32,000 nt of DNA from Nostoc punctiforme PCC 73102 (GTDB taxonomy: Bacteria; Cyanobacteriota; Cyanobacteriia; Cyanobacteriales; Nostocaceae): assembly GCF_000020025.1 (NCBI RefSeq), contig NC_010628.1, positions 600,001 to 632,000 of the forward strand, written 5' to 3'. The notes under the pieces were generated by a model. It was not told where the DNA came from. It did not search any database and was given only the letters and a program-made list of their open reading frames with translations. Positions 19,084 to 27,750 of the stretch are shown piece after piece (position 1 is the first letter of the stretch; each line of letters starts with the position of its first letter). A program made the position numbers and the translations under genes.

Positions 19084-19875
19084 ATGTACAGTGCATCTCA
19101 GAAAGCCGAGCTAACTTTGGAGCTTTTTCACTTCCAAACCAACACATCTTTGCAATTTCCACCAAATCTTTCTGTAATTTCCATTGGTAAGCCAAACGAC
19201 CAAAAACCTCCAGATATTGATATTTCTGGTTTACCAGATTCGGATGTGGCATCTCGCATCCACGCACAAATTTGGGTGAATGGGGACGAATACCATATTA
19301 CCGATTTGGACAGTTCTAATGGTACATACATTAACGGTGCGAAACTTCAACCTCAAGTTTTTTGTCCACTACATCCAGGAGACAGAGTTTCCTTTGGACA
19401 AGGAGACAAAATAACTTTTATGTTTAGGGTGCAACAACACTCTGCATCTGCTACAAAAAACCCTCCATCAAGCTCCGCGCCAACAAAAATTACAGCACCT
19501 ACCACTAGTAAAGAAGAGGAAGATCAAGTAATTCTTGCTAGCAAGCTTATTGGTTTAGGGCTAATCCTCGCAGGCATTACATTTTTAAGTACAAGTATTT
19601 ATGTGAGCGTCTACTTACGCAGCACACCTGGAATTTTGCTGTGTATGGGAGGTGTCGTAGCTCTAAATTGGGGTGGGCGCGATAATCGCAAACTAGGATG
19701 GGTTTTGATTGGGATCGGAATTGCTCTATTCATCGCCAGTGGTGTTGTAATCGGTTCAGTTTCACTTTTTTCTCTGCTGGTGTCATTCGCTGGCATCTCC
19801 TGTGGATATCAGTTGTTTACAACCGGAAAAGTGTTCAACTTTAATCCGCTTACACTCCAAATAGTTAAAAAATAA
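19084..19875 (+). CDS. FHA-domain protein with a C-terminal multi-helix membrane anchor (263 aa)
   Basis: The FHA core is ...SIGKPND...ASRIHAQIWVNGDEYHITDLDSSNGTYINGAKLQP...GDRVSFGQ. It is followed by a P/S/T-rich linker and three or four hydrophobic helices. Confidence 0.8.
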   Translation: MYSASQKAELTLELFHFQTNTSLQFPPNLSVISIGKPNDQKPPDIDISGLPDSDVASRIHAQIWVNGDEYHITDLDSSNGTYINGAKLQPQVFCPLHPGDRVSFGQGDKITFMFRVQQHSASATKNPPSSSAPTKITAPTTSKEEEDQVILASKLIGLGLILAGITFLSTSIYVSVYLRSTPGILLCMGGVVALNWGGRDNRKLGWVLIGIGIALFIASGVVIGSVSLFSLLVSFAGISCGYQLFTTGKVFNFNPLTLQIVKK

Positions 19876-20056
19876 GCCAAGTTAGGGAATCATTAATTAG
19901 CGATCGCTAATTGCCATTGAGGTTTCAGGATTTGAATCCTAAGCCCTGATTAACTTCGAAGAGGTTTGTCGTGAGGGATTTATCACTCAATAAACAGCAT
20001 TTCAGCTTTTGATATAAACAAATGTAACAAAAGTAGCGTCAAAACGTTTTGCTGTC

Positions 20057-20085
20057 TTGACAACCAATAGAAGAACCGATAAGTT
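20057..20085 (+). promoter_or_regulatory. putative sigma70-type promoter of the RHH/ycf46/ycf35 operon
   Basis: TTGACA (20057-20062), a 17-nt spacer and TAAGTT (20080-20085) lie about 36 nt upstream of the ATG at 20122. This is a pattern match only. Confidence 0.3.
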
Positions 20086-20121
20086 GATATACATACCCGG
20101 GTAAGACCGTTAAAGAGTTAT

Positions 20122-20475
20122 ATGCAAACGCAAACTAAGCAAAAGGTCACTTTGTATTTATCGCCAGAGTTGCACAGAAAACTGAAGATTCGTTCAGCAG
20201 TTGATTCCGAACCAATGTCAGAACTTGCCGAACGCGCCCTTGGTTTTTATCTATCTAATCAAGAATTGGTTGACGAATTGGAAGATTCTTCTTTTGGGCG
20301 GGCTCATAGAGTTTATTCATGCCCAACTTGTGATAGCTCGCTAGTCTTACGTGATGGGGAACTGGTTACTTTGGGCAATCAACCAGGAGTAGTCGGTCAA
20401 GAACATCTTTCCATTGATGAGATGGATGGAGATGAAACCAACCCCAAGGGTGAGGAAGAGTTAGTTCCTTGCTAG
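20122..20475 (+). CDS. small protein with an RHH-like N-terminus and a CxxC element (117 aa), first gene of the ycf46 cluster
   Basis: KQKVTLYLSPELHRKLKIRSAVDSEPMSELAERALGFYL resembles a ParG/CopG-type ribbon-helix-helix. It is followed by YSCPTCDSS and an acidic tail. Confidence 0.65.
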   Translation: MQTQTKQKVTLYLSPELHRKLKIRSAVDSEPMSELAERALGFYLSNQELVDELEDSSFGRAHRVYSCPTCDSSLVLRDGELVTLGNQPGVVGQEHLSIDEMDGDETNPKGEEELVPC

Positions 20476-20567
20476 ATAGGAATTATGGATTATTTATTCA
20501 TGGTTCGGTTGTCTTTACCAGAAGCAATGTCTCTACTGTCTCTATAAGGTCTCAAGTAGGTCGAAGT

Positions 20568-22079
20568 ATGAAAGAAGAGCTCAATATCCTAATTCAAGCT
20601 CAATACCCTTTAATCTACCTTGTGACCTCCGAGGAAGAGCGGGCCGAGCAAGCAGTTTCCACAATCGCCCAGTTGTTGAAGCCCCAGCGCCGAGTATTTG
20701 TTTGGACAGTGACACACGGGATTGTGGAATATGGTCAACCCCGGAACGTCACCCAACATAATACCGTTTCTCCAGAGGCGGCGATTGAGTGGATAATCCG
20801 GCAGAAAGAACCGAGTATATTTATTCTTAAAGATTTACACCCCTTTATTGATGCGCCTGCAACAAATAGATCGTTACGTGATGCGATCGCTAGCTTTAAA
20901 GGTACGCAAAAGAACATCATTTTGATGTCCCCAATGCAACAAGTACCTATAGAGTTGGAAAAAGAAGTTGTTGTTATCGATTTTACACTGCCAGATATGG
21001 CAGAGTTAAATAAAGTACTGACTCAGCACGTAGACCAAAATCGTGGTCGGCGGTTGACAACAGAGGCTAGAGAAAAGCTTCTCAGAGCAGCTTTAGGTCT
21101 AACTAAAGATGAAGCTGAAAAAGTCTACCGAAAGGCGCAGGTAACTACAGGGCGTTTGACGGAAGATGAAGTAGATATCGTTTTATCTGAGAAAAAGCAA
21201 CTAATCCGGCGCAATGGCATCTTAGAATACATCGAAGAAGATGAAACCATTGATGCTGTAGGTGGCTTAGAAGAGTTAAAAAGATGGCTCAAGCAACGCT
21301 CTAACGCTTTCACAGAAAGAGCGAGAGAGTATGGTTTGCCTCAACCGAAGGGGATGTTAATTCTTGGTGTTCCTGGTTGCGGTAAGTCATTAATTGCCAA
21401 AACGACTTCCCGGCTGTGGGGTTTACCACTGCTGCGGTTGGATATGGGCCGAGTCTACGACGGCTCAATGGTGGGACGAAGTGAAGCAAATTTGCGAAAC
21501 GCCCTGAAAACAGCAGAATCAATTTCCCCAGCGATTTTGTTCATCGATGAATTGGATAAATCCTTTGCTGGTAGTGGAGGTTCTTCTGATTCCGATGGGG
21601 GAACTTCAAGCAGAATCTTCGGCTCTTTCCTCACATGGATGCAAGATAAGAAGTCACCAGTGTTCGTGATGGCAACAGCCAACAGAGTAGAACGCTTACC
21701 TGGCGAATTCTTGAGGAAAGGACGCTTTGATGAAATTTTCTTTGTCGATCTGCCAACACCGGAAGAACGGCAACACATTTTTAATATTCATCTGACCAAG
21801 CGCCGTGAAGACATCTCTAGATTCGATCTTGAGCAACTAGCCAAGATGTCTGATGGCTTTTCTGGGGCAGAAGTTGAACAAGCGATCGTTGCGGCAATGT
21901 ATGAAGCTTTTGCCCAAGATCGGGAGTTCACCCAACTAGATATTATTGCTGCACTGAAGGCAACATTGCCGCTGTCTCGAACGATGCAAGAACAAGTAAC
22001 GGCTCTGAGAGATTGGGCCAGACAGCGCGCACGCCCCGCAGCATCCTCCGTAGCTGAATATCAGCGAATGGAGTTTTAA
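20568..22079 (+). CDS. ycf46: AAA+ ATPase, Ycf46 family (503 aa from the preferred start)
   Basis: The N-terminus MKEELNILIQAQYPLIYLVTSEEERAEQ is typical of Ycf46. It has Walker A (GVPGCGKS), Walker B (ILFIDELDK), a second region of homology/arginine finger (ATANRVERLPGEFLRKGRFDEIF) and a C-terminal helical lid. The track ORF start at 20469 adds 33 implausible residues. Confidence 0.88.
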   Translation: MKEELNILIQAQYPLIYLVTSEEERAEQAVSTIAQLLKPQRRVFVWTVTHGIVEYGQPRNVTQHNTVSPEAAIEWIIRQKEPSIFILKDLHPFIDAPATNRSLRDAIASFKGTQKNIILMSPMQQVPIELEKEVVVIDFTLPDMAELNKVLTQHVDQNRGRRLTTEAREKLLRAALGLTKDEAEKVYRKAQVTTGRLTEDEVDIVLSEKKQLIRRNGILEYIEEDETIDAVGGLEELKRWLKQRSNAFTERAREYGLPQPKGMLILGVPGCGKSLIAKTTSRLWGLPLLRLDMGRVYDGSMVGRSEANLRNALKTAESISPAILFIDELDKSFAGSGGSSDSDGGTSSRIFGSFLTWMQDKKSPVFVMATANRVERLPGEFLRKGRFDEIFFVDLPTPEERQHIFNIHLTKRREDISRFDLEQLAKMSDGFSGAEVEQAIVAAMYEAFAQDREFTQLDIIAALKATLPLSRTMQEQVTALRDWARQRARPAASSVAEYQRMEF

Positions 22080-22218
22080 AAGCTTTCCTCTGCCATCCCA
22101 GGGGGAAAGGCTAGCTCTGAATGCTAGCAGTTATAAGAAAAAGCCGCATCCTAAGAGCGGCTTCGCCCGAAACAAACCGTTGTCGTTTTTCTCAATCTTC
22201 TCATTGGAGGAAACCCAA

Positions 22219-22569
22219 ATGTCTCACTTTAGCACCCTGCGTACCAAGATCACCGATGCCGAAATCCTCAAAGCTTCTTTGCGCGACCTCGGTATCAGCG
22301 TAAAGACTGAAGCTGATGTCCGTGGTTATAACGGTCAGCGCGTCCGTTCTGACATTGTAGCTATGTTGGATGGCGAATATGACCTCGGCTGGTCTCGCAA
22401 CAGCGATGGTTCTTTTGACCTAATCGCTGACCTGTGGGGCGTTGCTAAGAAGCACAACCAAACCGAGTTGATCAACTCAATCAACCAAAAGTATGCCGTT
22501 AACAAAACTTTGGCTGAAGTAAAACAGCGCGGTTTGCAAAACGCCAATGTGAAGTTGGTATTGCAATAA
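22219..22569 (+). CDS. ycf35: Ycf35 / DUF1257 family protein (116 aa)
   Basis: MSHFSTLRTKITDAEILKASLRDLGISVK...VRGYNGQRV...DLGWSRNSDGSFDLIADLW...INQKYAVNKTLAEVKQRG fits the MSHFS... pattern of Ycf35/DUF1257. A GGAGG Shine-Dalgarno sequence lies 8 nt upstream of the ATG at 22219. Confidence 0.85.
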   Translation: MSHFSTLRTKITDAEILKASLRDLGISVKTEADVRGYNGQRVRSDIVAMLDGEYDLGWSRNSDGSFDLIADLWGVAKKHNQTELINSINQKYAVNKTLAEVKQRGLQNANVKLVLQ

Positions 22570-22616
22570 CAATTTCTCTGCGCGTTCCCAAAGCTGCACG
22601 GGTTAACCATATAAAT

Positions 22617-22672
22617 AGCGGTTAGCCCGCTTTTTTATCGGGACTGAGATTTATTTCTCAGCCCCGATTTTT
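22617..22672 (+). terminator. two consecutive intrinsic-terminator-like hairpins after ycf35
   Basis: The first is GCGG/CCGC (22618-22630) followed by TTTTTT. The second is ATCGGGACTGAGA/TCTCAGCCCCGAT (22637-22668, 12 of 13 pairs) followed by TTTTT. Confidence 0.6.
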
Positions 22673-22697
22673 ATAAAATTGTATCCTTCAGCCCCAC

Positions 22698-23273
22698 TCA
22701 GCTAAACATAAATAAGTCTAGCTCATCGACATTATGAATAATATTAGAATCATGAACATTATATGCCACTGCTAGTTTAATACTAGCTTGTAGCCTCAAT
22801 TCTACATTTAAACTAGGGTTAAAAGCTGCTTGAGCTAAGTTATCCAATTTTTCATAAGTAGCAATAATATTAGCTACAGTAGTTTTGTAATCCTGATCAA
22901 TTTGTTCAAGTAATGCCATCGCAGCTGTTGGGCCAAGAAAGGCAAGTCCTGCTCCTGCAACTAATCCAGCACCAGCAGTAGAACCTGCTACAAAGTTTTT
23001 GTTGTTGCCTGCATCAATTAGCTCCCAGTCTTTACCTGTAATTTCTTTAAGCTGAAATTTAAGTTCAGCAATAACTTTGCTGAATTCTTTTGGTGAATTT
23101 GCCAGTGTGTTTATGTAACTTTCGCAAAGTTTAATAGTCTCAACCCCACGCTTGACTCGCTTTTGATAAAGACTTGCAGCCGCATCTTGTAAAGACTTAC
23201 AGACGTTTTCGTATTTATCTACTGCACTGCGTAGCCTCTGTTGAGCCTCTTTCCTATATGTTCTTTTAAACAT
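22698..23273 (-). CDS. hypothetical helical protein with a central glycine-zipper segment (191 aa)
   Basis: The ORF is AT-rich. Predicted helices flank GSTAGAGLVAGAGLAFLGPTAAMA. A 290-bp extremely AT-rich upstream region follows. No family was recognised. Confidence 0.55.
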   Translation of the reverse strand: MFKRTYRKEAQQRLRSAVDKYENVCKSLQDAAASLYQKRVKRGVETIKLCESYINTLANSPKEFSKVIAELKFQLKEITGKDWELIDAGNNKNFVAGSTAGAGLVAGAGLAFLGPTAAMALLEQIDQDYKTTVANIIATYEKLDNLAQAAFNPSLNVELRLQASIKLAVAYNVHDSNIIHNVDELDLFMFS

Positions 23274-23546
23274 TGATTCCTCAAAAATTAAAAATAATTG
23301 GTTGGCTTCAGATTAGCCATTGAATACAATATATTCAAATTATGATTAAAACTATAATTGTATAAACACTTAAACCTTACTTTGTAACTATTTAGTTTAT
23401 AGCTGCATATTTATCAAATTATTTAAATTTGGAGTACAAGATATACTTTATTTAGCTAATAATATTAATTGATATTTTTAAAGAAAAATAAGTGTTTCAA
23501 TCTAATTATAAAATAAATATAAATTAGGAATTTAAATTAAGTATTA

Positions 23547-23812
23547 TTACCATATTTGCAAGCGATCGCTCTTAGAGGATGTTTGAAAAGTTCTCTTGTC
23601 GGTATCAAAAATTTTAGATCCCCCTAAATCCCCCTTCAAAAGGGGGGACTTTGATTCCGGTTCCCCCTTTTTTAAGGGGGGTTAGGGGGGATCTAAAGTG
23701 CCTAAAGTCACAGCGAAACACTTTTCAAACAACCTCTTAGAACACAATTCAATCACAAACTGGTACAAACTTTTTTTGCAGTTCTAGTTAATGCATCCAT
23801 TTTTTAGCTGAG
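23547..23812 (-). pseudogene. relic of the middle/C-terminal part of a Uma2-family (DUF820) nuclease gene, carrying a MITE
   Basis: The minus strand reads ...KKWMH*LELQKKFVPV..FVIELCSK / SDRLQIW*. It is paralogous to 27966-28030 (SELRKKFAPICPEFVIELRSETDNLR). It has stops and indels and is interrupted at 23576-23735. Confidence 0.55.
23576..23735. mobile_element. 160-bp MITE-like palindromic element with a 5-bp target duplication
   Basis: The terminal inverted repeats are AGGATGTTTGAAAAGT and ACTTTTCAAACAACCT. Internal nested palindromes include TTTAGATCCCCC/GGGGGGATCTAAA and G5/C5 blocks. Direct CTTAG copies flank it at 23571-23575 and 23736-23740. It has no coding capacity. Confidence 0.7.
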
Positions 23813-23821
23813 GTACAAGTT

Positions 23822-24085
23822 ATGAATATCACACTCAAGTCAGAAATAGAGCAATTTATTCAAGCGTAAATTGCAAGTGGTAGATTTGCTAGTGCAGAGG
23901 ATGTGATCGCTGAAGCTTTTAAGTTGCTTCAAGAAAGAGAACGGCAACGGCGAATTGAAGAATTACGCCAAAAAATTGTTGTAGGAACTGAACAAATTGC
24001 TAAAGGACAAGTAACTGATGGCGAAGTTGTTTTCGCTAGATTTCAAGAAAAAATTCGGAAAATTGCTGAGGAGTCTGATAAATGA
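23822..24085 (+). pseudogene. parD: ParD-family (RHH) type II antitoxin with an in-frame nonsense codon
   Basis: MNITLKSEIEQFIQA*IASGRFASAEDVIAEAFKLLQERERQRRIEELRQKIVVGTEQIAKGQVTDGEVVFARFQEKIRKIAEESDK. The TAA at 23867-23869 sits where a Gln (CAA) is expected. The stop overlaps the next ATG (ATGA). Confidence 0.75.
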
Positions 24086-24129
24086 GTAGTTATTCATTTT
24101 CAGATGAAGCAATTCAAGATTTAGATATT
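24082..24129 (+). pseudogene. parE: 5' stub (16 codons) of a ParE/RelE-family toxin gene
   Basis: MSSYSFSDEAIQDLDI is the usual ParE N-terminus, and the 4-bp start/stop overlap with parD is present. Homology stops at about 24129, where the oppositely oriented Uma2 relic begins. Confidence 0.5.
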
Positions 24130-24283
24130 GCGTTCGATGCGAAAGTCGGGGTTTAGCTGACAGAATTCATAAAACTGATCTTCGGTTAGTGCGTAGGCGT
24201 AGCCCGTTGTAAACATCGCAGGTTTCAATTGCAAAACCATTGGTATAAACTCTCTCTGTGGCTACAGGTAAGTTGGTGGTCAT
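24130..24283 (-). pseudogene. relic of the N-terminal part of a Uma2-family nuclease gene (paralog of 28224-28377)
   Basis: The nucleotide alignment to 28271-28385 is readable by eye at roughly 85-90 percent identity. The translation is MTTNLPVATE...PMVLQLKPA[insert]LTEDQFYEFCQLNPDFRIER. It carries a 21-nt insertion and small indels. Confidence 0.7.
24193..24213 (-). repeat. 21-nt mini-insertion (SDR-like) splitting a HIP1 site
   Basis: The plus strand reads GTGCG[TAGGCGTAGCCCGTTGTAAAC]ATCGCAGG. The paralogous site at 28310-28317 is an intact GCGATCGC (TTAATGCGATCGCAGG). Confidence 0.8.
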
Positions 24284-24530
24284 AATTGCTTTGTGGCTAC
24301 TTCACCTGCTTTAACTATAATCTTTTCACAATCTACGGTTAAATCAGGCTTAACTCATGAAGATTAAAATTATTGCCACTGTAAAGAGGACAATGCTTAG
24401 GTGGACGGCAAGCTTCGAGTTTGAATTAAACGTAAGTAATCTCATTGACTGAACATATCATTGCAATCAACTTGCTTAATTCACCGCATCTCAGTACAGT
24501 AAAATCACAAGCAGTTTCAAGGTCATAAAA

Positions 24531-25277
24531 ATGACGACTGAAAAAAGGATTGCTGTGGTAACAGGCAGCAATCGAGGGCTAGGATATGCTATTTCCCGTC
24601 AATTATCCAAAATTGGCAACCGCGTAATTCTGACGAGTCGTAATGAAACAGATGGTCTTGCTGCTAAAGGTCAGCTTACCAATAAAGGGTTTGATGTTGA
24701 TTATCACACTCTGGATGTCACCAATGATGGAAGTGTGCAACAGTTTACCGAGTGGCTACGTGAAACTTACGGCAAAGTAGATATTCTGGTCAATAATGCA
24801 GGCGTAAATCCCACAACTAAGCCGGAAGAGTCCAGCTTACTGACTGTGCAACTGGAAACAATGCGATCGACCTTTGAAACTAATGTTCTAGCGGTACTCA
24901 GAATTTCTCAAGCCTTAATTCCGTTGATGAAGGTGCAAAATTACGGCCGCATTGTCAATATCTCAACGGAAATGGCATCTCTAACATCAGTTCCCACTGA
25001 CTACTACCCTTTAGCGCCATCCTATCGACTCTCGAAGGTGGGAGTAAATGGACTAACTGTGCTTCTCGCCAAGGAACTCCAGGGTACTAATATTCTCGTA
25101 AATGCTTATTCTCCAGGTTGGATGAAGACAGATATGGGGGGAGATGATGCGCCGTTCACGGCAGAAGAAGGAGCCGAAACTGCTGTCTATTTAGCAACGC
25201 TTCCCGATGGAGGAGCGCAAGGACTGTTTTTTGCAGAGATGCGAAAGTTTGGTGGCCCTATTCAAGTACAATGGTAG
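24531..25277 (+). CDS. short-chain dehydrogenase/reductase (SDR) family oxidoreductase, carbonyl-reductase-like (248 aa)
   Basis: It has the TGSNRGLG cofactor motif, NNAG, and the catalytic S...YxxxK (YRLSKVG). Confidence 0.9.
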   Translation: MTTEKRIAVVTGSNRGLGYAISRQLSKIGNRVILTSRNETDGLAAKGQLTNKGFDVDYHTLDVTNDGSVQQFTEWLRETYGKVDILVNNAGVNPTTKPEESSLLTVQLETMRSTFETNVLAVLRISQALIPLMKVQNYGRIVNISTEMASLTSVPTDYYPLAPSYRLSKVGVNGLTVLLAKELQGTNILVNAYSPGWMKTDMGGDDAPFTAEEGAETAVYLATLPDGGAQGLFFAEMRKFGGPIQVQW

Positions 25278-26201
<924 letters not shown>

Positions 26202-26210
26202 GAATGACCA

Positions 26211-26242
26211 AATTGGGGATTTTCAATTGAAAATCCCCAATT
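26211..26242. terminator. perfect 32-nt palindrome after the propeller gene
   Basis: AATTGGGGATTTTCAA|TTGAAAATCCCCAATT is perfectly self-complementary and starts 10 nt after the stop at 26201. Confidence 0.55.
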
Positions 26243-26338
26243 GAAAGAAAAATGTTTCAGAACAAGCAAATTTATACTTGCTCTGCGAAAATCAAGCTAC
26301 GTAAAAAATCTAAAATCCAAAATTGATTGGCATAACGA

Positions 26339-26905
26339 ATGGAGATGGAACAGGACGATCAATTTGTAACCGTGGTCATTACACAAGTTGTAAAGCCAGG
26401 ATGCGAAAGTGCTTACGAGGCTTGGTTGAAAGAAATTACCAGGGTTTCCAGAACCTATATAGGTCATCTGGGAACAAATGTGATTCGTCCCCAACTTGGT
26501 GTGCGAAATGAATATGCGATCATCTTCCGGTTTGACGGTTATGAAAATTTAAAGGTGTGGATGACATCGCGCGATCGTGAATATTGGCTGAATCAAGGTA
26601 AGCATTTGGTAGAATCCGATCCTTATGTTCAACAAATCTGTGGATTAGAAGCTTGGTTTTCTCTTCCCGGTCAACCACTGAAAACTCCACCGCGCTACAA
26701 AATAGCATTGCTAACTTGGGGAGCCGTATATGTGTTAATTAATTTGTTGAGTACGTTTATAGTCCCCCTACTTCGTGGTTTACCACCCTTGATTATTTCG
26801 TTGATCGTTACGATTACTATGGTTTTGCTGTTGACATATATTGTCATGCCTAGAGTTAGCCGTTTGTTTAGCTTTTGGCTATATCCTAAATCACGAAAAG
26901 TTTAG
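26339..26905 (+). CDS. ABM (antibiotic-biosynthesis-monooxygenase-like) domain protein with a C-terminal two-helix membrane anchor (188 aa)
   Basis: The N-terminal ferredoxin-like ABM pattern is VTVVITQVVKPGCESAYEAWLKEI...YAIIFRFDGYENLKVWMTSRDR. It continues with ...GLEAWFSLPG...PPRYKIALLTW and then hydrophobic helices. Confidence 0.65.
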   Translation: MEMEQDDQFVTVVITQVVKPGCESAYEAWLKEITRVSRTYIGHLGTNVIRPQLGVRNEYAIIFRFDGYENLKVWMTSRDREYWLNQGKHLVESDPYVQQICGLEAWFSLPGQPLKTPPRYKIALLTWGAVYVLINLLSTFIVPLLRGLPPLIISLIVTITMVLLLTYIVMPRVSRLFSFWLYPKSRKV

Positions 26906-26919
26906 CCATTTAAATTACT

Positions 26920-27278
26920 TTAACCAACAGCAAACTCGGTAAATTGTCGTTTAAAGGGTGAATGAAAAGCCAAAATGATGTCTTTTTTGGGTATACCTCG
27001 ACTAATAAGTTCATTGGCAATACCTCCTTCAGTACCATCGTGTTGAATCCAAAGTTTTTCGTTTTTAATATCTAGATGCAAAACACAACCATATACGCGA
27101 CGCTTATTTGACCACCCCGCATGAACAACTTGGTAGCGATGCCTACGGCGGGGCAAAGCCCAACGCGCTCTCTATCAAAAATAACTTCTGCTTCGACTTC
27201 TTCGTTGCTGGCTTTGATTTCACTGTAACCTAGCAACAGTTCTTGAATAAGTTGACGGTACTGTTCTACTTTTGCCAT
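26920..27278 (-). pseudogene. xisI: xisI-family gene frameshifted by a 23-nt insertion
   Basis: MAKVEQYRQLIQELLLGYSEIKASNEEVEAEVIFDRER | insertion | (D)RYQVVHAGWSNKRRVYGCVLHLDIKNEKLWIQHDGTEGGIANELISRGIPKKDIILAFHSPFKRQFTEFAVG*. Removing 27141-27163 gives a 111-aa XisI-length ORF. Confidence 0.85.
27141..27163 (+). repeat. 23-nt mini-insertion (SDR-like) splitting a HIP1 site inside xisI
   Basis: AGCGAT[GCCTACGGCGGGGCAAAGCCCAA]CGCGCTC. Excision recreates GCGATCGC and the reading FDRERDRYQVVH. Confidence 0.8.
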
Positions 27279-27704
27279 TTTACGTTCACGAAGTGTGCCG
27301 TAGGCATTCGTCTCCTCTTGTGGATCGAAAACAATCAACCCAACTTGGTAACGTTGGATTAATAAGCGTGGCAGTTCTAAGGTAAAAAAAGAACGATAGG
27401 TGTCTAAGGGAACTGCTAAAGATAGAAGTCTCTCAGGTTGTTCTTCTTCAAGTGCTAGTTGATATTTGAGATACTGTCCTAAAGCAGTACTAAATTCAGT
27501 TGTAGTAGATGGAGCAACAAAGCTTTTAACTTCAACCGCAATTTTTTCTTGATTTCGTTCAGCTGCTAAAACTTTCTCTGCACCAAGGCCGATGTACATA
27601 TCCAAACCGCCAAAACGGAGGAAAAGCGGGTCATTAGTGATGAGCCAACCCTCGTTCTCCAAAGCGCGTTTTACTGCATCATGGAATATGTCTTTTGCCG
27701 CCAT
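27266..27704 (-). pseudogene. xisH: xisH-family gene whose C-terminus is re-framed by a putative 25-nt insertion, giving a fusion to xisI as sequenced
   Basis: MAAKDIFHDAVKRALENEGWLITNDPLFLRFGGLDMYIGLGAEKVLAAERNQEKIAVEVKSF... is a typical XisH. As sequenced, the frame runs on into xisI (track ORF 27072-27704). Removing 27284-27308 gives ...VFDPQEETVKWQK* with a stop at 27266-27268, a 137-aa product and the usual overlap with the xisI ATG. Confidence 0.7.
27284..27308 (-). repeat. putative 25-nt mini-insertion near the xisH 3' end
   Basis: The minus strand reads AATGCCTACGGCACACTTCGTGAAC (encoding NAYGTLRE..). It shares GCCTACGGC with the 27141 insert. Its boundaries are inferred only from frame restoration. 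Confidence 0.45.
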
Positions 27705-27750
27705 AGATTCCTAAAATTTTGATTTCGTTCCTATAAAACTAGCTTGCTCT

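Noticed and set aside
20469-20567. An N-terminal extension of the AAA+ ORF that overlaps the upstream gene.
   Set aside because: The extension (MLDRNYGLFIHGSVVFTRSNVSTVSIRSQVGRS) is not Ycf46-like. The conserved N-terminus begins at the MKEELNILIQ start at 20568.
22121-22303. A 60-aa ORF and the 22180 start for ycf35.
   Set aside because: The reading frame and extension precede the conserved MSHFS start, which has its own GGAGG ribosome-binding site. The 22121 ORF is out of frame and overlaps the intercistronic hairpins.
27072-27704. The 210-aa ORF taken at face value as a natural XisH-XisI fusion protein.
   Set aside because: Its C-terminal 30 residues (VGLCPAVGIATKLFMRGGQISVAYMVVFCI) arise from the 23-nt insertion frameshift. 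The linker NAYGTLRER coincides with a repeat-like 25-mer. Excising both yields standard-length separate XisH (137 aa) and XisI (111 aa).
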